A stretch of DNA of 64,000 nucleotides, taken from positions 16,843-80,842 of the IMG/VR virus record IMGVR_UViG_3300025870_000008; one strand, 5' to 3'. Below, one piece after another: positions 44,237 through 54,970 of this stretch (the stretch's first letter is position 1; each line of letters starts with the position of its first letter). The translations under genes were made by a program, and so were the position numbers. Under the pieces are notes generated by a model, which saw only the letters and a list, made by a program, of their open reading frames with translations, did not search any database and was not told the origin of the DNA. The DNA is from a virus.

Positions 44237-45898
44237 ATGAGTGCCGTTAAAATAGAATATAATAATACTGATGTATTTACCCAGCAAAACATTGGCTCCC
44301 CTAATGTTTCTAGAAGTACCCAACCTATTATAATGGGAGATATCAAGGGTGTAAAGGAGGTTGTTGACCTAGAAGGTATTATACATGTAGAGGGGGATAT
44401 TGCTGGTTGTGATTATTTGGGAGTTTTAAAAGATAAGCAACAGGCAATAATTAATGGGTTCTCCGAGGATTACAAAAAACTAACAATAAAAGAAGATGGT
44501 TTAGATATATTAGAAAGAGATTTTTGCAAAGTATTAAACATTGATTTTCCAGATCAGAATTATAATAAAATTTTATATTATAAAATAACTTTAGAGTGCT
44601 ACGACGAGCTACTTCATAATGAATTTTACGGAATATCATCCCCTGTATACAATACAACTATTGTAAAAAACGAAGATGAGACATATTCTATAACTAGAAG
44701 TATATCAGCTAAGGGAGAGAACACACAAGACGGAAACGCTGAGGGGAAAAACTCTAACTCGTTAAGTAATTCGTTGGATAATGCCATTAGCTTTGTTAAT
44801 TCAATAAAAATTAAAAATGTAATTATACCAGAAGGTCTAGATGATTCAAATTTAATATTGATAGAAAGTTCTGAACAAATTGATAGGTTTAAAAATAATT
44901 TTTCAATAAATGAAACGTATATAATAGATTCAAAAAATAGAGCAAATCAAGATGCGATATATAGGTATACAATGTCTAGAAATAAAAGTTTTGGAGGGAT
45001 ATCTAGGGTAGATTTTTCAGGAACAATAAAGTATGGAAAAAATTCGAACATAACAAATGTAAGAAATATAATAAATAAACAAGAGGCTTTCGAGAAAATA
45101 AAAGAAGCATTTGGCGAGTCAAATTATAATAGCCACCCGAAGGCAATGGTTATAAATGAAGACCAAAATGAAAGGGCGATTTCTTTTACATTTAATTTTG
45201 ATAACGATGATTCTTATGACGAATGTGGGGTGGGGGAAATAATAAAAACATCTATAGAGGAGGGTGAGAATAGTATAGTTACAGTTTCTGTAGAAGGGAC
45301 AATAACTAAACTTGGACACTCGACTCAAAAATGGGAAGATGTTGAAAGCTATTTCTTGAATAAAGATTATGATAATTCAAGTTATAGTAGCTGGATACAA
45401 GAAATTGCACAAGAAAAAGTTAATAATATTTTTATTGGAATAACATTAGCATCAGAACCAGACACAAAAAATATAACAGAAAATAAAAAAGAGGGGGAGA
45501 TTTCTTTTAACTATGTTTTTACAAATAAAGAAAAAGAAGATTTTAAAAATTTAAAGAAAAATGTTTCAATAAAAGATAGAGCTCCAAAATATGAAATTGG
45601 AATGAATTATGGAGGAACAATGGATGGGTATATAGTTACCAGGTCTGGGTTCCAAAAGGGGGTTGTTTCAGTGTCATTAGAGGGGGAGTATGTAAAATCG
45701 TCAAACAATGAAGAGTTGGATAGGTCTAACGCTCTTAACGCGCTAGGAAGCGAAGCTGATTCAATTTTCACAGAGGTAGAGGGTCTGTTTTTTGGGGGAC
45801 TAAGCGTTATAACAACCGAAAATTCAGAAAGATATAATATACATAATAATGTTACATCTATATCAATCACCAGAGAATATTTTGATGATATTGTGTAA
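44237..45898 (+). CDS. tail-tip protein, paralogous in style to the upstream gene
   Basis: Repeated V.V.G.I...G and ISF.Y.F.N modules shared with 40598-44227. Confidence 0.6.
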   Translation: MSAVKIEYNNTDVFTQQNIGSPNVSRSTQPIIMGDIKGVKEVVDLEGIIHVEGDIAGCDYLGVLKDKQQAIINGFSEDYKKLTIKEDGLDILERDFCKVLNIDFPDQNYNKILYYKITLECYDELLHNEFYGISSPVYNTTIVKNEDETYSITRSISAKGENTQDGNAEGKNSNSLSNSLDNAISFVNSIKIKNVIIPEGLDDSNLILIESSEQIDRFKNNFSINETYIIDSKNRANQDAIYRYTMSRNKSFGGISRVDFSGTIKYGKNSNITNVRNIINKQEAFEKIKEAFGESNYNSHPKAMVINEDQNERAISFTFNFDNDDSYDECGVGEIIKTSIEEGENSIVTVSVEGTITKLGHSTQKWEDVESYFLNKDYDNSSYSSWIQEIAQEKVNNIFIGITLASEPDTKNITENKKEGEISFNYVFTNKEKEDFKNLKKNVSIKDRAPKYEIGMNYGGTMDGYIVTRSGFQKGVVSVSLEGEYVKSSNNEELDRSNALNALGSEADSIFTEVEGLFFGGLSVITTENSERYNIHNNVTSISITREYFDDIV

Positions 45899-45916
45899 TA
45901 TTGTATAATATAAAGT

Positions 45917-48268
45917 ATGAGCTGCACTTCAAAATACATAGAACGTTTCTGCACAAAATATCTAGGTTTAGGTTTAGATTTTTCTGGTGGATCATCTCCA
46001 ACTATAGAGGTTACCTTAATAGGTCATCAGAATCCAACAGCAGCACAAATTGCGTATGATCTGAAAAAAATACATCTTCCAATTACTAGGGTTACAGATT
46101 GGGATATAGCTTCAATTGAGCATAGTAAGTCTTCATCAGGAGCTATAACCAAAGTTAAATTAATTGATGCTATTTGGGTTGGTTATAATTCTATTTATGT
46201 TTCAGCTGGACAATTTAATGGATATGGAGACCACGGTTATATTTTAGGTAAAGAATTTTTCAATGTAACTGGGATTGCAATAGGAAAATATGATAACACA
46301 CAAAGGAGTGTGATGATGGCTGCAAATGATTTAAGAAAACATTATCATAATCTAAACAGCGGAACATGGTATATTAATGCAGATGGACATATAGTGAAAA
46401 GACCAGCAAATATGTCTGTTGATGATTTTATTACAAATCATGCTCCAGGACTACCAAACCCTTTTGTTGAATTTGGAGAGTGGAATTATTATAGCAATGA
46501 GCTTTTCGGGTTATTCCCAGTGAAAAACAGCTATGGAATAACTGGAATTCATAATGATAGCGGAACCGCTTTTGATGTTCTTTCTTCTATAGGGTCTAAA
46601 TTTGGTAAAATTTTTCATGCTAATAGTATATGGGGAGTTGGTTATGAAGATAATTTTAGTGACTATGGCAAACTTAGTGTTTTATCATCGGCTGGTATTG
46701 CTGTGCCAGATATAGCTGTTCAGTCATCTACAGCTAAAGACTATGCGGCTGGTTATTCAGCATCATTTATGAATGTAACGAAAGCTCCAGGGAGATATGT
46801 TAGAGACCTTAATAAAGCTGATACAACCATCGTTAATAATAATATTAATAATAATTACTCAGCTGAGCCTAAAGGTCAATATGAAAATGGCAAGGTAATG
46901 TTAGGGAACAAATTAAATCTATCAGGATTTTACGAAGAAGATGCTTTAGCGTGGACTTTAGTTAAAGATCATCCTATAATGGAAGCATACGGAACAGCAG
47001 AATTAATCGCAGCTAATGCAACAAAGATAAAGGGCGATATATCAGATTTATATGGAGGAATAGGCGCGGGAAGAGTTTGGTATCAAGGGGTGGAGGACGT
47101 CATAAGAACTGGAGATTCAATAGCAGCCGCGAAATCACAACTGGATATATCAGATAGTAATTATAGTTTTGACGATCAAGTGACAGCCTGGCAAAACGAT
47201 GGAAGGTTTTGGTACGCTACAAGAGCTACGGATGAAAATGGATCAACTAGGCAGGTTACTGCAAATGGAGAAAGTGCAGATACTTTATATGGAGGATCTT
47301 TTGGATTTGAGAATTTTGGAACAGCAGCAAGACCGCTAGGTTCGAAATCATGGAATTTAGAAACAGCTGGTTCAGTATTTTATGTCCCGAGCAATGCTCA
47401 ATCTGTAGAGTTTGGATTTCCAACTAGTCAAGAAAGCACTATAGGGTCAATAACTGGAGGAAATTGTATAATGATGGATTATGGATCTGTTTCATTTCCA
47501 GGGTCAGTTGGTTATGATACATCAACAGCTGGTCTTGAAAATTTTATAGATTTTACATCGAGTGTTTTAGATTCAAATAAGACTCAATTTGGAGGTGTAG
47601 CTGCGATTGATCTGGCGGGGTTGAAACAAGAATCTTTAAATTTACTAACATCCGTTAAAAATTCAATAAGAGCGCAGGGCGCTAGGAGAGGTAGTAAAGG
47701 AGCTTACGCTTATTGGTCTGGAATAAAAGACCCAGAACTTTGGTATACAGGTGGAAGAAAATCTATCGATGATGAAGGTAGATCAAAATCGTCTTCATCT
47801 TTAAGTTCGGAGGAAAAAAAAGAAACCATCAATCAAAATATAGCTGTTCATAGAAAATACGGTGGGAGTAGATGCTCTTTTGCTCCTAGCGGAGGCGCTG
47901 TAAGATTAAATAGGCATATTTTTCATAATGTATCATCAATGTCTTGGTACGGGGGAAGTTTAGCGTATGATGTTGATATAGACCATGTGAAGATAATAGA
48001 CGGGGGGAGAACATTTATGTATCCATATAAAGCTATCGAGGACTGCACTAGTAATATTTATGTACCTTACATCGAATCAATATCTTTCACTCTAGAAAAT
48101 GCTTTTTACCCTATATCTAGCTCCGCATATAAATATTTAGAAAGTTTAAATATTAGTGTAATAGATGGTAAGGTTACGAACCAATATAAATTTTCACAAA
48201 GATCATCCATACCAGACTTGAAAAATTTAAGGTCTGTAGGGTTAAACCTTAAAAAATTAATGAAATGA
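45917..48268 (+). CDS. putative tail/baseplate hub protein
   Basis: 783 aa, Gly/Ser/Asn-rich; synteny. Confidence 0.55.
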   Translation: MSCTSKYIERFCTKYLGLGLDFSGGSSPTIEVTLIGHQNPTAAQIAYDLKKIHLPITRVTDWDIASIEHSKSSSGAITKVKLIDAIWVGYNSIYVSAGQFNGYGDHGYILGKEFFNVTGIAIGKYDNTQRSVMMAANDLRKHYHNLNSGTWYINADGHIVKRPANMSVDDFITNHAPGLPNPFVEFGEWNYYSNELFGLFPVKNSYGITGIHNDSGTAFDVLSSIGSKFGKIFHANSIWGVGYEDNFSDYGKLSVLSSAGIAVPDIAVQSSTAKDYAAGYSASFMNVTKAPGRYVRDLNKADTTIVNNNINNNYSAEPKGQYENGKVMLGNKLNLSGFYEEDALAWTLVKDHPIMEAYGTAELIAANATKIKGDISDLYGGIGAGRVWYQGVEDVIRTGDSIAAAKSQLDISDSNYSFDDQVTAWQNDGRFWYATRATDENGSTRQVTANGESADTLYGGSFGFENFGTAARPLGSKSWNLETAGSVFYVPSNAQSVEFGFPTSQESTIGSITGGNCIMMDYGSVSFPGSVGYDTSTAGLENFIDFTSSVLDSNKTQFGGVAAIDLAGLKQESLNLLTSVKNSIRAQGARRGSKGAYAYWSGIKDPELWYTGGRKSIDDEGRSKSSSSLSSEEKKETINQNIAVHRKYGGSRCSFAPSGGAVRLNRHIFHNVSSMSWYGGSLAYDVDIDHVKIIDGGRTFMYPYKAIEDCTSNIYVPYIESISFTLENAFYPISSSAYKYLESLNISVIDGKVTNQYKFSQRSSIPDLKNLRSVGLNLKKLMK

Positions 48269-48522
48269 CAATAAATATATCTGCATCACCAGCAAAATTT
48301 TACAAAACAAGCGAAGGGGGAGTTGAAATAAATATGTCGTCTGCGGGCGCTGTAATAAATATGGAGCTTGATACTGCGGGTGTAGTAAGTCAGGAATTTA
48401 TTGATGCTCGACCCGAAAAACCAACATTAAAATTAAGAAGTGTAGAGTGGTGCGACCCTGAAGATGGAACATTATATCACGGTGTAATTCTAGCCACGGA
48501 GTTCTGGAAAGCAACTGGGTAA
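48265..48522 (+). CDS. small tail-associated protein
   Basis: 85 aa with ATGA overlap. Confidence 0.6.
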   Translation: MTINISASPAKFYKTSEGGVEINMSSAGAVINMELDTAGVVSQEFIDARPEKPTLKLRSVEWCDPEDGTLYHGVILATEFWKATG

Positions 48523-48548
48523 TCTTATTAATATTTAGTTAAATTTTA

Positions 48549-50093
48549 ATGTCTGGATGTTGTAAACAATCTTCATTATGCAAAAAGGTAGCTGGTAAAA
48601 ATATTAGCTATGTGGGTGCATCTGCTCTTTCTCAGCATCCAGAATATGCCACTAACGAATACTTGGCATCAAGGATGGAAACTGATATAGAACCTGGTGG
48701 TGGTAGCGCTGAAGGAGTACCTATAGTTTATGATGTAGCAGCTATTAATATTGAAGGATCTAGTGGGTTTCTTGCTGCATGCGGGCTAGGTGGAGTTGGA
48801 GGTAAATATAGTATAACTAGACTAAATTCCGACGGTTCGATAAAATACTCAAGTGCGGGGGGAGGCCCCTTGGGTGGAATACCAGCATCAAGAACCAAGG
48901 GCGGTGGTTTTGATAGTAGTTATAGATATGGATGGGATGGTTATACGGGAGCTTATGGAGTTTGTGTTTATAGAGACAAAGGGTACTTTACAGCTTGGGG
49001 ATTGGGAGCTTCTTGGACGAGTTTTAATGGGGGGAATGAAACGCCAATTGTATCAATTAGAGGAGAAATAGTTTTTAAAGTCGCTACGTTCAGCAATTAT
49101 TTAATGATTGGAACATGCGGGTATTTGCCTGCACCAGGGAATGTAGTTGAAGAGCTTTGGACTTATTCAGCGGCTAGGGGTAGAGCCGCACGTTATGCTG
49201 GAACAAGCGGGTCGGTTTATATTTATAATATAAACAGCCTGATAAATTCAGATGGGCGACCTGTAAATGGCAATCCGAGTCCGATTAAAGTAATAAATAA
49301 TGTTAATCATGTAACATGCATGGCAGGTGGAGAAAATTATGGATTTTATGGAACTAGATCTGGGGTAACAAAAGTTTCGGTTGAATACAACTCAGAGACT
49401 AAAAATTATACAGTAGATACCACTGGTGTTGCTGGGGGATTATGTACAGGAATAGATGCCTTAGGTGATGACGTATATAGTACTCATGCTAATGGGTCTA
49501 TTAATAAAAACGGAAGCGGTTTTCAATCAAACTCTGCATCTAACGCAAAAATATGTTACGATAGTTTTTTAACTGAAAATTGTTTCGACTTTTTTACTCA
49601 AACACAAGGTCAGGGGTATTATTCTTTTATACCATTCAGTTACTCTAATCCAACATCAAGTACTGAGCGTGATGTTTTTCCTGTTTGTACTTATTCTGAA
49701 GTTAATAATAACACAGCTGAACAAGTGGGGAGTTTCCCGAGTGGTATTGGGGTTGGTTCAGATGGAACAGTGATAGTTAGTTTTTTTCAGCAAGGTTTTA
49801 CTATTGATGGTAAGCATTATTCTGGGCTGATTGGTCAGCCGACAAACTGTTCTGGGTTTAATAGGTCGAAAGCTTCTGACCCGCCTAGAAACATTAATAG
49901 TGAGTATACTTTATCTTGTGGAGCAGTAGCTGTTGGATGTGGAGAAGCATATATTGCTGATTCTGTTCAATTTACTTTAGGTGGGTGTGGTCCAGGTTGG
50001 TATAATCCTGTTCAGGATATAACAAATAAAGATGAAATTATAAGATTAACTAAACTATGGGGTTACTCGGGTGGAGTATTAAAAATAAAATAA
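48549..50093 (+). CDS. Gly/Cys-rich putative tail fibre or receptor-binding protein
   Basis: 514 aa at the end of the tail module; beta-propeller-like strand pattern. Confidence 0.5.
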   Translation: MSGCCKQSSLCKKVAGKNISYVGASALSQHPEYATNEYLASRMETDIEPGGGSAEGVPIVYDVAAINIEGSSGFLAACGLGGVGGKYSITRLNSDGSIKYSSAGGGPLGGIPASRTKGGGFDSSYRYGWDGYTGAYGVCVYRDKGYFTAWGLGASWTSFNGGNETPIVSIRGEIVFKVATFSNYLMIGTCGYLPAPGNVVEELWTYSAARGRAARYAGTSGSVYIYNINSLINSDGRPVNGNPSPIKVINNVNHVTCMAGGENYGFYGTRSGVTKVSVEYNSETKNYTVDTTGVAGGLCTGIDALGDDVYSTHANGSINKNGSGFQSNSASNAKICYDSFLTENCFDFFTQTQGQGYYSFIPFSYSNPTSSTERDVFPVCTYSEVNNNTAEQVGSFPSGIGVGSDGTVIVSFFQQGFTIDGKHYSGLIGQPTNCSGFNRSKASDPPRNINSEYTLSCGAVAVGCGEAYIADSVQFTLGGCGPGWYNPVQDITNKDEIIRLTKLWGYSGGVLKIK

Positions 50094-50132
50094 TTTTTTG
50101 AAAAAAAATATTTATATATTATTATATATATA

Positions 50133-50483
50133 ATGACGTTGAAAATTTTAGAAATATATGTATTAGGATTTATGTGTGCATTAAATTGGATATTCATATG
50201 GCAGACAACAACATTAAAATGCAAATTTGCAAAACTATGGCTTTTCTTAAGAAGAAAAAAAGCTATGATGTACACCCCTACAGACTTTGAAGAATACGCT
50301 TATAAAAATTGGGGTTTATTGGGAGAGCTTTTAACATGCCCGATCTGTTACTCTCATTGGGTTAGTGGAATTTTTTCTTCAATTATATGTTTTTATCTTG
50401 GTGGTGATTTTGCTATAGTACTTTTTGCTTTTTTTACACAACCAGTTTTAATATATTTTATATTAAGAAAATATATAGGATAG
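50133..50483 (+). CDS. membrane protein, DUF1360-like
   Basis: GELLTCPICYSHWVS motif with TM helices. Confidence 0.65.
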   Translation: MTLKILEIYVLGFMCALNWIFIWQTTTLKCKFAKLWLFLRRKKAMMYTPTDFEEYAYKNWGLLGELLTCPICYSHWVSGIFSSIICFYLGGDFAIVLFAFFTQPVLIYFILRKYIG

Positions 50484-50485
50484 AA

Positions 50486-51253
50486 TCAATTATTCTTAAT
50501 AATATTCAAAAGTATCCTAGCTTCTTTTGATGGAATGTCGTCAAAGGAATTCCAGGAAGGAGCTTCAGGGTTAACATAAGAATTAGAATTTTTCAACATT
50601 AATAAATAGTCTTTGAAGCATTCAAAATTTTGGCAGTTTATATTTTCTCTGCAAAATTTCTCTAAGGTTGAATGTATAGAAAACGAGCTATTACTTACGT
50701 TATCTTGAGATTTGTTTTGATTGTCGGATGTGTCCATTTCGTCCATACCAACAATATGCACATTTAAAAAATTTCTTACACATCTAACAAAAGCCCTATT
50801 ACAAGCAATTGTTTCCAAAAACTTTTTAGCGAAACTACTGGTGTTATGAATAGTTGCGTTAGCCATGTCTTCAAACATAATAGGGTTGTTACCTGTTTCA
50901 TAATTAGCTATAAACTGGATAGAACAACTAACAGCCACATGATCGTGCTCGCATTTTACCGTTTCGTAAGAACAGCTTGAGAAGCCTCTAAGGCGCGCAA
51001 GCTCCTTAATTCCGCTAAGTTTAATTAGTAATTGGTGATCCTTTAAGCCTTCTATTGCCTTAGGTAAAGGCTTGTTGAATCTTTCAAACCAAAGTTTATT
51101 GGGGAATAAATGCTCTTCTTTAACCATAGCTCTCCAGTCAACAGAGCCGTCTTCATTAAATATATAATCAACATTAGAAAGTAATCCAAAATCATTTCTA
51201 GTATATATTTCAGGCCCTGAAGTTTTGGAGGAGGGTGTTTGTTTTTTTGTCAT
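50486..51253 (-). CDS. putative Rad52/Sak-like single-strand annealing protein
   Basis: Beta-hairpin followed by the helix ETIACNRAFVRCVRNFLNV, then a low-complexity linker; lies near ssb. Confidence 0.5.
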   Translation of the reverse strand: MTKKQTPSSKTSGPEIYTRNDFGLLSNVDYIFNEDGSVDWRAMVKEEHLFPNKLWFERFNKPLPKAIEGLKDHQLLIKLSGIKELARLRGFSSCSYETVKCEHDHVAVSCSIQFIANYETGNNPIMFEDMANATIHNTSSFAKKFLETIACNRAFVRCVRNFLNVHIVGMDEMDTSDNQNKSQDNVSNSSFSIHSTLEKFCRENINCQNFECFKDYLLMLKNSNSYVNPEAPSWNSFDDIPSKEARILLNIIKNN

Positions 51254-51286
51254 GAAAATGATATTAACATAAATCTAATAAAGATG

Positions 51287-51823
51287 TCAATCATTATTTT
51301 GAGATTTAATTTGTATGGATATCCTGTGAACTAAAATCTTTTCTATAATTTTACTTAAAAGATTTTTTACAACTTCTATTTCGCCAGGTTCAATTGGGAT
51401 TTTGAAGGTGTCCGAACCATTACGTGTTATGGAAATACCAAAAGCTGGTAAAACTTGCATTTTCTGCTCAAATTTTTTAGTGTTTTTGTTTAACTGGCTA
51501 ACTTTAATTTCCTTATCCCAGGGGGACAACTTTATTGTTGTTTTATTTTCTCCGTATGTGTGAAAAGTGTTGTATTCATATCTATTAGTAAAAGAGGATA
51601 GCATTGACCCACATTCAAATTCATTAAATTTTAATGTTATGTTTTTTTCTGGGTCGCTTCTATTTTGAGAAAAACTGCCAGTTTTTGATTCTCCGTTCCA
51701 GTTGTACTGTTTAATTGCGTTGATGAACAAGCAGGGTTCCTGATTTTTTTGTTGAACTCCGTACCTAAAGCTAAATGCACAGCCAGTATTTTTCGAATTT
51801 GGTTTATATATTGATATACTCAT
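51287..51823 (-). CDS. Whirly/PC4-like ssDNA-binding protein
   Basis: SIYK...QYNW...LKF...E.G...TFH...FKIPI..GE..V follows the motif order of Whirly domains. Confidence 0.5.
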   Translation of the reverse strand: MSISIYKPNSKNTGCAFSFRYGVQQKNQEPCLFINAIKQYNWNGESKTGSFSQNRSDPEKNITLKFNEFECGSMLSSFTNRYEYNTFHTYGENKTTIKLSPWDKEIKVSQLNKNTKKFEQKMQVLPAFGISITRNGSDTFKIPIEPGEIEVVKNLLSKIIEKILVHRISIQIKSQNND

Positions 51824-51825
51824 GA

Positions 51826-52212
51826 TTAAAAATCCACAGAGAATTTGTTATTTTGTTTTAATTTTTGTTTTATTTCTTCTGAATGCTTCGCTCCTTTTCT
51901 TTGTTTAGAATATTCTTTGAAATATTTTTGTTGCACTGGGTCTACCCCACCATTCATTGATTTTCTTTTATCAGAAAGCTCTTTTGAGTAGTCGAGCATA
52001 TCTCCATAGGAGCCTTTCATGCCGCCTGTTTTGTTGACAAAATGAGTGTTATCAAATGGATTTATGTTTGAATCTGTATTAAGTTGAGGGTTGCTCCATA
52101 CTCTTGCCCACTTTAATCCAGAATCATCGATATAAACATGTTCTTCATTCATGGACTGAACTAATTCTATGAATTCTTCTTTAGCGGGGTGTTTGTATAC
52201 ATAAACAGGCAT
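51826..52212 (-). CDS. FmdB-like protein lacking Zn cysteines
   Basis: MPVYVYKHP start; promoter TTGACT-17bp-TATTAT-8bp-ATG. Confidence 0.6.
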   Translation of the reverse strand: MPVYVYKHPAKEEFIELVQSMNEEHVYIDDSGLKWARVWSNPQLNTDSNINPFDNTHFVNKTGGMKGSYGDMLDYSKELSDKRKSMNGGVDPVQQKYFKEYSKQRKGAKHSEEIKQKLKQNNKFSVDF

Positions 52213-52270
52213 TACTGTATATAATATATTAAATACAACAAGAAGTCAAATAAAAAGTGTAAACATATAT

Positions 52271-53398
52271 ATGTTTTTATTTTTAATAACTTTTTTATCA
52301 GCTATTTCAATATCATTGATAGGGGGATATTTTAGTATTATAGGTTTGTCCACTATTTTTCCAGGCTCTAAAACGTCTGTAATTGTTATGGGAGCGGCTT
52401 TAGAAATCGCTAAAGTTATAGCTGTTTTGTGGCTACATGAAAATTGGGATAAACCTAAAATAATTATTAAATTATATTTAATATTTTCTATTTTAATACT
52501 AATGGGTATCACGAGCTTAGGAGTTTTTGGATACTTAAGTAAAGCGCATGTAGAGCATCAGAATTTAGCAAATGCGGAAATAATACAAATAGAAACTATA
52601 AACGAGAGAATAAAAAAAGAGGAATTATTTATTAAGCAGTATGAGGGAGCCGTTAATACTATAAAAAAAGAAGAAGGAGAACAAAGAAGAACCAACGAAG
52701 TTGAATTAGATAGATCCGAGAGATTAATTAATTCAATAAATCTAAAAATGGAAAAAAGTATTGAAATTGAAAATGGGTCCATTAAATCCTTGAATGACAG
52801 GATGAAAATTTTAAACTTAGAGGTTGATAATGTAGAGAAAAGAAACTCGGGTTTATTTAGTAATAAGAAAGAGGCTTTAAAAAAAATACAAGAACAGCAA
52901 AAGGAGGAAAGGGTATCAATACAGGAAGATATTAAATATCATAAAAATAACATAAAGATAATTAAAGAGAAACACGATAAAGAATACGAGGAAATAAAAT
53001 CTTTAATGAATTCTTTTAGGGTAAAAGAAAACATAGGTAGTAAAAATTTAGATGAAATTAATAATCTAAACAGTTTGATAAAAAAATCTTTATTGGAAAT
53101 TGAAGGTTTAAGGTTAGAGAAAAATAAACTAGGTTCTGTGGTGATGAATTTAGAATCTGAGATTGGACCTCTGAAATATTTCGTGGGACTGGTTAAAGAT
53201 TTAGGAATAGCCCAAATAGGTCCAGATCAAGCTGTTAGAATTATTATATTAATAATAGTTTGTGTTTTTGATCCTTTGGCTGTAGTACTGTTAATCGCAG
53301 CTCAACTTTCTTTTGGATCTACAACCTGTAAAGAAAGCCCCGCTTACAAAAAAATGAAGCATAGGGTTTTGTTTTCTCCTTTTAAAAGGAGAAATTAA
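52271..53398 (+). CDS. membrane-anchored coiled-coil phage protein
   Basis: Three N-terminal TMs (FSIIGL..IF, LEIAK, TSLGVFGYLSKAH), coiled coil, EIGPLKY and FDPLAV. Confidence 0.8.
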   Translation: MFLFLITFLSAISISLIGGYFSIIGLSTIFPGSKTSVIVMGAALEIAKVIAVLWLHENWDKPKIIIKLYLIFSILILMGITSLGVFGYLSKAHVEHQNLANAEIIQIETINERIKKEELFIKQYEGAVNTIKKEEGEQRRTNEVELDRSERLINSINLKMEKSIEIENGSIKSLNDRMKILNLEVDNVEKRNSGLFSNKKEALKKIQEQQKEERVSIQEDIKYHKNNIKIIKEKHDKEYEEIKSLMNSFRVKENIGSKNLDEINNLNSLIKKSLLEIEGLRLEKNKLGSVVMNLESEIGPLKYFVGLVKDLGIAQIGPDQAVRIIILIIVCVFDPLAVVLLIAAQLSFGSTTCKESPAYKKMKHRVLFSPFKRRN

Positions 53399-53847
53399 AA
53401 TTCAAACTCCTGTTCAAATTGATCCATAGCTTCATTAGAATCTATATCTTTATTTTCTTCTGGAGATGATTTTTTACTTTTCGAGAGTTTGGGTTTGCTT
53501 TTAGTTTCATTTTCTAGTTTTTGACCAAACTGAACTTTCCCAGAATAACCATCTACATTAACAGTGAAGGTCGTGCAGTTTATTTCTTCGCCGCTGCCAG
53601 TGTTCTTGGTGTATTGCTTCGGAATAATAGAAGCGTTTGTGATAAAAACCTGAGCTCCTTTTTTAAGCATCATGCATTTTTCTCCTTCTTTGCCCCATAC
53701 GTCTACATAAAAATATAACGCAGATTCGTTGTGAGGATTATTAACTGCAATTCTGAATTTTGCAACTTTAGTTTTTCCCGCCTGTTTGATTTCTGGATCA
53801 GCAACTAAATTGCCAATACAGTGAAATTGATTTAAGTAAAAAGCCAT
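53395..53847 (-). CDS. ssb: single-stranded DNA-binding protein
   Basis: IGNLVADPE...AKFRIAVN...VWGK...KKG.QV OB fold with an acidic C-terminus ending in F. Confidence 0.88.
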   Translation of the reverse strand: MAFYLNQFHCIGNLVADPEIKQAGKTKVAKFRIAVNNPHNESALYFYVDVWGKEGEKCMMLKKGAQVFITNASIIPKQYTKNTGSGEEINCTTFTVNVDGYSGKVQFGQKLENETKSKPKLSKSKKSSPEENKDIDSNEAMDQFEQEFEF

Positions 53848-54434
53848 TATATTTTTTCCTTTCTTATTTTTTCTATATATTTATTATGTACATTTATGCA
53901 GCCTTGAACGCTGAGATTTATTTTAGGGGATTGGGCTACAACACTCCAAGGCATCACAGTGTTGTTTTCGCCATCTAAATATCTAAGTTTAAATATCTCA
54001 TAAAGTCGCAAGTCTTTATTATTCTTTAATTTTTTTAAAAACTCTTCTAGGGCGTCTTTTTTTTCTAGAGAAATTATTGAAGTGTCAGAGTATTGGATAT
54101 TGTTTAGATCTTCTTGTTTTATAGCAACTTTCTTAGTGTTGGATTCTTTATTTTTGTTATAGAGATTCAAGCAGAACCACTTTATTCTACTAGCTAAATA
54201 AGTGCTGAATTTAGCTCCTTTATCAGGATCATAGTCTAATATACATTCATATATAAAACTTTCTCTATTTGGTAAGAAGTCGTTTTTATAAAAATCAAAA
54301 TTGCCATACATATATTTAGAGCACATTTTAAAAAAAATACCACTATGAGCTTCCAAGATTTCGCGAAAGTTTTTGGTTGTATTTTTTCCAGATTTGATCT
54401 CGTTTATTATTTCATTTTCGTTTAATTTTTTCAT
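53847..54434 (-). CDS. sigma70-family RNA polymerase sigma factor
   Basis: Region-2 motif YDPDKGAKFSTY...RIKW and region-4-like IFKLRY...W..VA...LSVQG. Confidence 0.8.
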   Translation of the reverse strand: MKKLNENEIINEIKSGKNTTKNFREILEAHSGIFFKMCSKYMYGNFDFYKNDFLPNRESFIYECILDYDPDKGAKFSTYLASRIKWFCLNLYNKNKESNTKKVAIKQEDLNNIQYSDTSIISLEKKDALEEFLKKLKNNKDLRLYEIFKLRYLDGENNTVMPWSVVAQSPKINLSVQGCINVHNKYIEKIRKEKI

Positions 54435-54969
54435 TTATAAATTCTTGTATGAATGGTAAGCCCTTGGAATGATCCCCTTCAAATGAACTCCAGTTTATTA
54501 CATAATCCGAATTTCTCTCTAGAGACGGAGTGTAGGCTTCTTCTTCTGAGTTTATAGGCTTGAATCCATGTCTACTTACATGAACACAACAAGAGTCTTT
54601 GAATTTATTTTTTAAAAATTCTTGTTCATTAGGGTACCTAGTATCTGTTATGACAGATATAATTCCTTTAGATTCATTTTTTTGAAGCTGAGGCTCTATA
54701 ACTTTAATCCAGAAATTCTTATCCATCTTTCTGCCGAGATCAGTTCCATATGCAACCAATAATGGTCTAACTAGTTCTTTCTCAATTGCTGTTGGATTAA
54801 GTATATCTATATTAAATTTACGTTTAACTAAGGGTCTTAAGTCTTTTTTTATTTGATCGGCAAAGGCTAGTCTTTTAATTTTTAATTGGTAATTCTTGGA
54901 TTGAGACTTCAATAAAGAGAAAAATGTGTCTTTACCTGAACGAGCTACTCCTGATACTGCTATAATCAT
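54412..54969 (-). CDS. deoxynucleoside monophosphate kinase
   Basis: SGVARSGKDT, LAFAD.IK, RPLL..YGT and ITDTRYPNE (T4 gp1-type motifs). Confidence 0.85.
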   Translation of the reverse strand: MIIAVSGVARSGKDTFFSLLKSQSKNYQLKIKRLAFADQIKKDLRPLVKRKFNIDILNPTAIEKELVRPLLVAYGTDLGRKMDKNFWIKVIEPQLQKNESKGIISVITDTRYPNEQEFLKNKFKDSCCVHVSRHGFKPINSEEEAYTPSLERNSDYVINWSSFEGDHSKGLPFIQEFINEKIKRK

Positions 54970-54970
54970 A

